This document shows positions 58,008 to 64,000 of a stretch of DNA of 64,000 bases, one piece after another. The notes beneath the pieces are model-generated. The model saw nothing but the letters and a program-made list of their open reading frames with translations, ran no database searches and was not told the DNA's origin. The translations under genes and the position numbers were made by a program. The DNA comes from Macrostomum lignano. Taxonomy: Eukaryota. The first letter of the stretch is position 1, and each line of letters starts with the position of its first letter. The stretch is from contig NIVC01001462.1 in assembly GCA_002269645.1 (NCBI GenBank), positions 1 through 64,000 of the forward strand, in the 5' to 3' direction.

Positions 58008-61000
58008 ATGCCGCAGAGGATGTTGCAGTGGTTCCTAGTCACTCTGTTAGCAGCCTCGGCCACTGGCGAACAGTCAATGTCGCAGGAGCAACAGCTGATG
58101 CGGATGTGCCAGGACTCAGCCGTTAAGAACGCCTGCCGCGGTCTCAACCTGCGCCGCTTTCAAGGTCAGAGCTGCCACGACCAGCTGCTAAGCATCGTGT
58201 GCAACGTGCGCAGCCTCCGCTGCATCGTGCCTGCCAGCCTGGCGCCAACAACTATGGAGGACCCGATCTGCAGTCAGAGCTGTCAGCGAGTCTTCCGCAG
58301 CTGCAGAATCAGCGAACTGACGTTCATCGCCTACGTGCCAGTCAATGAGAAGCTGTGCAACGAGCTGCCCACCCAGCTCTGCGCCGACTGGAGCCGCCCG
58401 GTTGGCCAGCGGGACGATCGGGCCATCGATGCGGCGGAACCGAAAGTTGATCAGGAGACGGCTGAAATTGGCAACGACACTGGTGAGCCCAAGGACGACT
58501 AAAGTAAAGTAACTAAAGTAATCCTTGGGTGAGCCCCGCTCGTCCTCGCATGTTTCCATGCGATTTTTTTGCCGTTTTCAGTCTGCTTTGTAGTGTGTCC
58601 TACAATGTCACTGTCCTGTTCTGTCTTCGAATTGCATGATTTAGTGTCTGTCTCATGGACATCATCAGGTCCGTAGCCATTATGGCTGTCGGTGCCTCCA
58701 TTTCTCGACAGCGACTCTCCACTCCATTCCTGGTGTCGCCATAGAAACATTCGGTCGAGAAAATCCGCGCTGGAAAAATCCCATTCCTCGAAACATTCCA
58801 GCTCATTTCTAAGAAAACCGAGTGTCCATGCTGTCTGTCTGTCTGTTCGTCTGTCTTTAACTAGCAGTCAAGTTCATCCCTTCGTCTTGTCGATTACCAT
58901 AAGTTCAAGCGCCCCCGAAAGTGAAATAAATCATTGGTCAGCGTCAGACACAACAAAAAATTGAGCCATAAAAGTCCAACAGGTCAGGCGGGGGCACAAG
59001 TTACAAATAATTGGCAATCGGTTTTGCCATATTGCAATATCTCCTTTGCATATCCTACTGGTAGCATGTATCCTGCGGCGGTACTAAAAAACCAAGCCAT
59101 AAAAGATTCGCCCCCATCGGCCAATAAATGTCCATCAGATATTGGTCCTTTCCAATTTGGCAGGGCTTGCCAGGTTTTATAAGAAGTTTGCGGTCGTAAA
59201 AGTTTAGTCAGACTTTACAAAATTGGAAAGCCGATGAAACGTCGTGCACCTCAGCAGACAATTAAAAGAGGTAGAAACCCAGCCAGACGGTCAACAAGGG
59301 GCAAATCGTCTGCGCAGATAAAAAAGGGCAAGCAAGCCCCCTGACTTCTAGGAAAGTTTCAGGTCACGTGCTTTCTTCCTATATACGAGTAGTTGGCCTA
59401 TTTTATTGCACCTTGCGGGCGGCCGTGAACTTCGCTAATTAGCTGAACTTACATGTAAAGCCGCAACTTAAAAACGTATCTTTGCAATTGAACTATTTTT
59501 ATAGAAATCTGTCAGGCGAAAAGCTCAATCCAGTGCGACAAGGTGCAGTACATTGCCGACATTGCTAAGCGACCGAGGCGAGGTGCAGGAGCCCGGTCTA
59601 GGACTGTCAGGCGTCGACATCCGTTCAAGAAAAGCGACTTTCGCGATGGAAACTTCACGTATGGTGAGTGTACTCAATGGTGAGGCGTCCGACCCTTGAG
59701 TCTCTTTCGACCCTTGAGTCTTCGTTGCATTGCCGTGGTTATTAAAATTCAGAAGATGGATTCTTCCTTTACAATTTTTGCGAATTTGTACATGGTATTA
59801 GCTGCAAGGGCTCCGGGCATCCGGGTGCAGAGGGGATTAAGCTAACGTCTGGCGACCACAGGCAGCTTTTTCTGCAGTGTCGCACAGAGAGATCCAGTGA
59901 TGCCGCGGTGTCCACAGCGCAGCCCCCTCGGAGAGTCCAGGAGGTGGACGGTCGCTCGACCAATAGCCCTAAGGTAGCGGACAAGCTGGCAGAGACTCTT
60001 GGGCCTGAAAGCGTGGAAGATTGGGCCGAGATAGGTGAGCCTGTCCTGAGTAAAGGCGAGGAAGTAAAGGCTACTCGTTGGCATTCTCAACACCGAAAAG
60101 GCAGAAAGGGCATTCCTTACTGTGGGTTTTTCTTTGGAAGTAGAGATGCTAAGAAAAGGTTCTATGCTCGTATGCCCTGAGAAGGTCCTGGTTTAGATGT
60201 CCCAGCTGTTAAGACCTACGCAGGGCCACGCGAAGAGCGGGAGAGAGTCGGAACGGCAGCACGGGATATCCAGCAGTCGTAAAAACCTACGAGCGTAATA
60301 TTCTCAGGAGTTCCTTGCAGCAACGTCTTCGTCGAAAGCGTCCTACAACCAGCGCTGCGCCAATACTGTACACAAGCACACACTCATTTCACACACGCTC
60401 ACACAGGGTGTGCAGCCACCCTGACTTTCTAATCTTCAGGTATGTACACTCTCTGTGCACTGCGGGTTGGCCTTCATCAGTTTCAAGGACAACCCCCGAC
60501 CAATTTTCCGTGAATAAGCCCCAATAAAGATGATTGCCATCAGTTAGTTTAAAAATGTTCCGTCTTCTGAATTGCAGCTGCCGAGGTGAAGCTCGCCAGG
60601 GCTGGATGGCAGATGGCCGCACCCATTCGCCGACCTCGCAGCTTGGGCTGGCCGTACGCCGGCGGCTACGAGAAGCTTCTCCATCTGGAGATTAAAAAAG
60701 TTCTGTACACTGGCAGCCAGGCCATCGGTCACATCCTGGATCCCGGCTCCGTGCAAATAGTCGTCTTGAAGTCGGGCTGCGCCTGTGCGCCATTGAAACT
60801 GAATCAGCAGCTGATCTTTGTGGGCTACAATTCCTATCTGGAGAACGTGTGGAATCAGGTCGTCCTGCTGCCCTCCAACAGTCACTACAAGTGCAAGATC
60901 AAGCGGGTAAGTGCTTAAGACAATGATTTATGATTTACTATGATAATAACAATGATTTATGACTGTGATTATGATAATAACAATGATTTATGACTGTGAT

Positions 61001-61914
61001 TATGATAATAACAATGATTTATGACTGTGACTATGATAATAACAATGATTTATGACTGTGATTATGATAATAACAATGATTTATGACTGTGACTATGATA
61101 ATAACAATGATTTATGACTGTGACTATGATAATAACAATGATTTATGACTGTGACTATGATAATAACAATGATTTATGACTGTGACTATGATAATAACAA
61201 TGATTTATGACTGTGACTATGATAATAACAATGATTTATGACTGTGACTATGATAATAACAATGATTTATGACTGTGACTATGATAATAACAATGATTTA
61301 TGACTGTGACTATGATAATAACAATGATTTATGACTGTGACTATGATAATAACAATGATTTATGACTGTGACTATGATAATAACAATGATTTATGACTGT
61401 GACTATGATAATAACAATGATTTATGACTGTGACTATGATAATAACAATGATTTATGACTGTGACTATGATAATAACAATGATTTATGACTGTGACTATG
61501 ATAATAACAATGATTTATGACTGTGACTATGATAATAACAATGATTTATGACTGTGACTATGATAATAACAATGATTTATGACTGTGACTATGATAATAA
61601 CAATGATTTATGACTGTGACTATGATAATAACAATGATTTATGACTGTGACTATGATAATAACAATGATTTATGACTGTGACTATGATAATAACAATAAC
61701 AATCCACGCGCAGTGCTGGAGGCCCCGAGGCAGGCGCAACAGGCGCAGGCGAATCGGGTGGCTGACAGACGCAGACAGAAGACAAGCTTGCCAGTGCCCC
61801 TGCGGCCGGGGGGAGCGCCTGACCTGCTCTGACATCCAACGGGCCAACAGGAGAGCTCAGCGACGTCAGCAGGGCGGCAACTTTTGGCGACGCAGAGACC
61901 GCACAGCCGTCTGA
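58008..61914 (+). CDS. SFRP: Secreted frizzled-related protein-like (Frizzled CRD + NTR domain), 4 exons, ~387 aa
   Basis: Exons 58008-58482 (CTG|GTGAGC), 59505-59663 (ATAG|AA ... ATG|GTGAGT), 60578-60906 (GCAG|CT ... CGG|GTAAGT) and 61714-61914. Phases match and the exons sum to 1164 nt. Signal peptide, 10-Cys CRD (C..L..IVC.....C, ICSQSCQRVFRSC, CNELP...C) and NTR motif CACAPLKLNQQLIFVG. Confidence 0.78.
59790..60055 (-). mobile_element. 3' fragment of the same LINE family as 3607-4728, in SFRP intron 2
   Basis: CCCCTCGGAGAGTCCAGGAGGTG...TTGGGCCGAGATAGGTGAGCCTGTC matches about 3745-3880. Confidence 0.75.
60920..61700. repeat. 31-bp minisatellite (ATGATTTATGACTGTGACTATGATAATAACA)n, SFRP intron 3
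   Basis: About 25 nearly identical copies. Confidence 0.96.
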
Positions 61915-62629
61915 AGAGGCGTTTGTGTCCAATTATTTTTTTCTGTTAACATTAATCCTCTGTGACACGATCGCACAGCGTTTGCGTTGAAAAAGCTTGG
62001 TTGCATGATGAACGCAGAAAATTAAAACAAAAAATTTAATTGCTCTCCTGTTTTGAGTGCATTGTACATTATCGATATAATTTTCTATTTTCAACGGATT
62101 AAAGCCGTCGCTTAAGTATCGCTTGCGATTGTGACTGAATTTCCTTATTTAAAATAGCAATGAAGATTCACCGGAGCTACTTATAGTAAGTAAGTTGTAG
62201 TTTTGGCCAGTATTTCACACTTACTTCACACCAATGCAAGGTTAATTAGGGCGGACAGAACATAGGAAAGCAGCCAAGTGATTAAAAATTTGCGCATAGG
62301 GTACTCGTAGATGTACATTGGGGAGCAGTCGTGGAGTAATATTAGTTAAAAACAATTTGGCCAATCATTGTTACTAGCGGAATTTATTGATATAGATAAT
62401 ATTAACTGCAGGGGCTGTGAGCACCCTGACGCTATACGCCTTTGGAGACATCGTCTCAAAACCCTTCGAGGCGGTGAAATGTGAGATCGTTTTGCCCATT
62501 CTACTGACTCCTGGGCACAAACAGGCTGTCATTTTAGCGCCGCAGGCACTCATGTTGGTGCTGCATGCAGACGCTGTTTTGTTGCAACAACAACAACAAA
62601 ATACGCTGTCATGATGGTAAAAGTCAGCG

Positions 62630-63500
62630 TCACAGGGCGCGCTTCATGGCTTGGGCGCGAACAAAGGCCGCGCCACCGGCAGTGTCCGGGGCGCCGGCGT
62701 CAGCCAGCAGACAGTCGACGTAACGCCGAGTTCGCGCTTGACCTCGCCGGTAGGGTGCCTGCAGCGTGAGCAGCAGCACCTCCTGCACCGGCTGTGGGCA
62801 GTACGACTCGGCGCGGATGAGATGGCCTGCGAGCTGGAGTCGCCGACGGCGCAGTAGATCACTTGGACGTGGCAGGCCAGCGCGGCGATAGAGTGCCGCG
62901 TTGGTGACTCGCTCGACGCCGATGTTGAAGGCGGCGCGCAGCAGACCAGCGTGCGCCGCATCGACTTGCTGTTCGAGTGAGTCCGTCAGCGTCCAGGTCT
63001 CGGCGTTGTACAGCAGGACGGTCTCGATTACCGCCTGGAACAGCGCCGCCCTCTGGCGGTCCGGTAGGGCCTCGGACTGCAGGACTGCCCTCACAGAACG
63101 AAAGGCAGCCCAGGCAAGCCCGCGGCGGCGTCGCAGGTCCTCGCGAGCGTCTGGAACCAGACCGCCGAGGTAGACGAACTGCTGACATCGCGGGAGTTCG
63201 GTCGCCTGCCCGTCAGCGCCTCGGCAAAATATTGCAGCCTCGATGTCGTCCGGCACGCAGAGCACAACGGTCTTCTGCGTGTTGACCACCTGGCCGACAC
63301 TCGCCGCAACGGCAACCAGCCTGTCCAGCTGCCGTTGGGCGCCCTCGACGGTCGAGGACAGCAGGGCGAGGTCGTCGGCGTAGTCAAGCACGCTGAGCCG
63401 CTTCTCCGGTTGACGTCGACCCACGCGTCGCTGCAGCAGAAAACCGTCGTCGTCGGTAGGAAGAGCAGTCCGCAGCACCCAGTCAAGCACCAGGACGAAC
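62630..63500 (-). mobile_element. 5'-truncated RTE-clade LINE (RT C-terminal part), open reading frame intact
   Basis: LDYADDLALL, FVYLGG, RRRGLAWAAF and VLLYNAETWTLT are RTE-type RT motifs. Confidence 0.88.
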
Positions 63501-64000
63501 TTTGTTGCCCTGAAGCATAATTATTTATTTCCATAACGGGTAAACAAGGTATAGGGAAACAAAGCATTGGCATGTCCCCCATAGGTTTTACTGGTGGACA
63601 TGTCCCCCTGTCCCCCCCCCCGGTGGCGACGCCTGAGTCTGGCCATAGACAAATTCAATTCGAGAAACCTTCGGTCTATAAAAAAACCTAAATAATAGTG
63701 TAAAACGGTGTCTTTGATAGTCTACATCAGCTACTACTATAAAGTCTACTAAAAAGGGGAATAATTTTACCATCCAGCCAATGGATATATGATCAGCGGT
63801 GGTTCGGGCTACCGGCGCTCGGCTACCGGCGCTCGCCAGACAATCGTTGTCACGCACTGCGACCGCTGATTATTTGCATTGTTTTTCTGTTTGACGATCC
63901 TACAGACAATGCATTGTTTGTAGCAATGGATTGTTCTGCATTAAAAATGTGAATAATGATCGTCAAATTGCTAAGCAATGCAAATTGTCTAATAGTCAAC

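Overview
This is AT-rich eukaryotic (metazoan) genomic DNA with spliceosomal GT-AG introns. There are no prokaryotic features or CRISPR arrays. The style (GC-rich exons, introns filled with micro- and minisatellites) suggests an invertebrate such as a free-living flatworm; that is inference only. From left to right the window holds: (1) a tandem triplication of a C2H2 zinc-finger gene, each copy damaged differently (1.2-10.3 kb); (2) a complete 10-exon cytosolic isoleucyl-tRNA synthetase (IARS1), with a different tandem repeat in every intron; (3) EMC4, with MIR-like CORE-SINEs in and after it; (4) a putative innate-immunity cluster (26-55 kb); (5) a 4-exon divergent SFRP-like gene (Frizzled CRD + NTR); (6) scattered LINE (RNase H-bearing, RTE), Gypsy, SINE and MITE fragments. 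The cluster contains an IFIT-like TPR protein with a possible HEPN-like C-terminal domain, a partial duplicate of it, three PARP-type ADP-ribosyltransferase genes (one with an intact H-Y-E triad behind spectrin-like repeats, two degenerate with hydrophobic tails), a C-type lectin-PAN protein, a zinc-ribbon protein and an arminin-like cationic peptide precursor. The most interesting signal is the IFIT-like gene and the splice-site and tail homology tying it to the neighbouring PARP-like exon. All gene models and family assignments were made by eye, without database searches.
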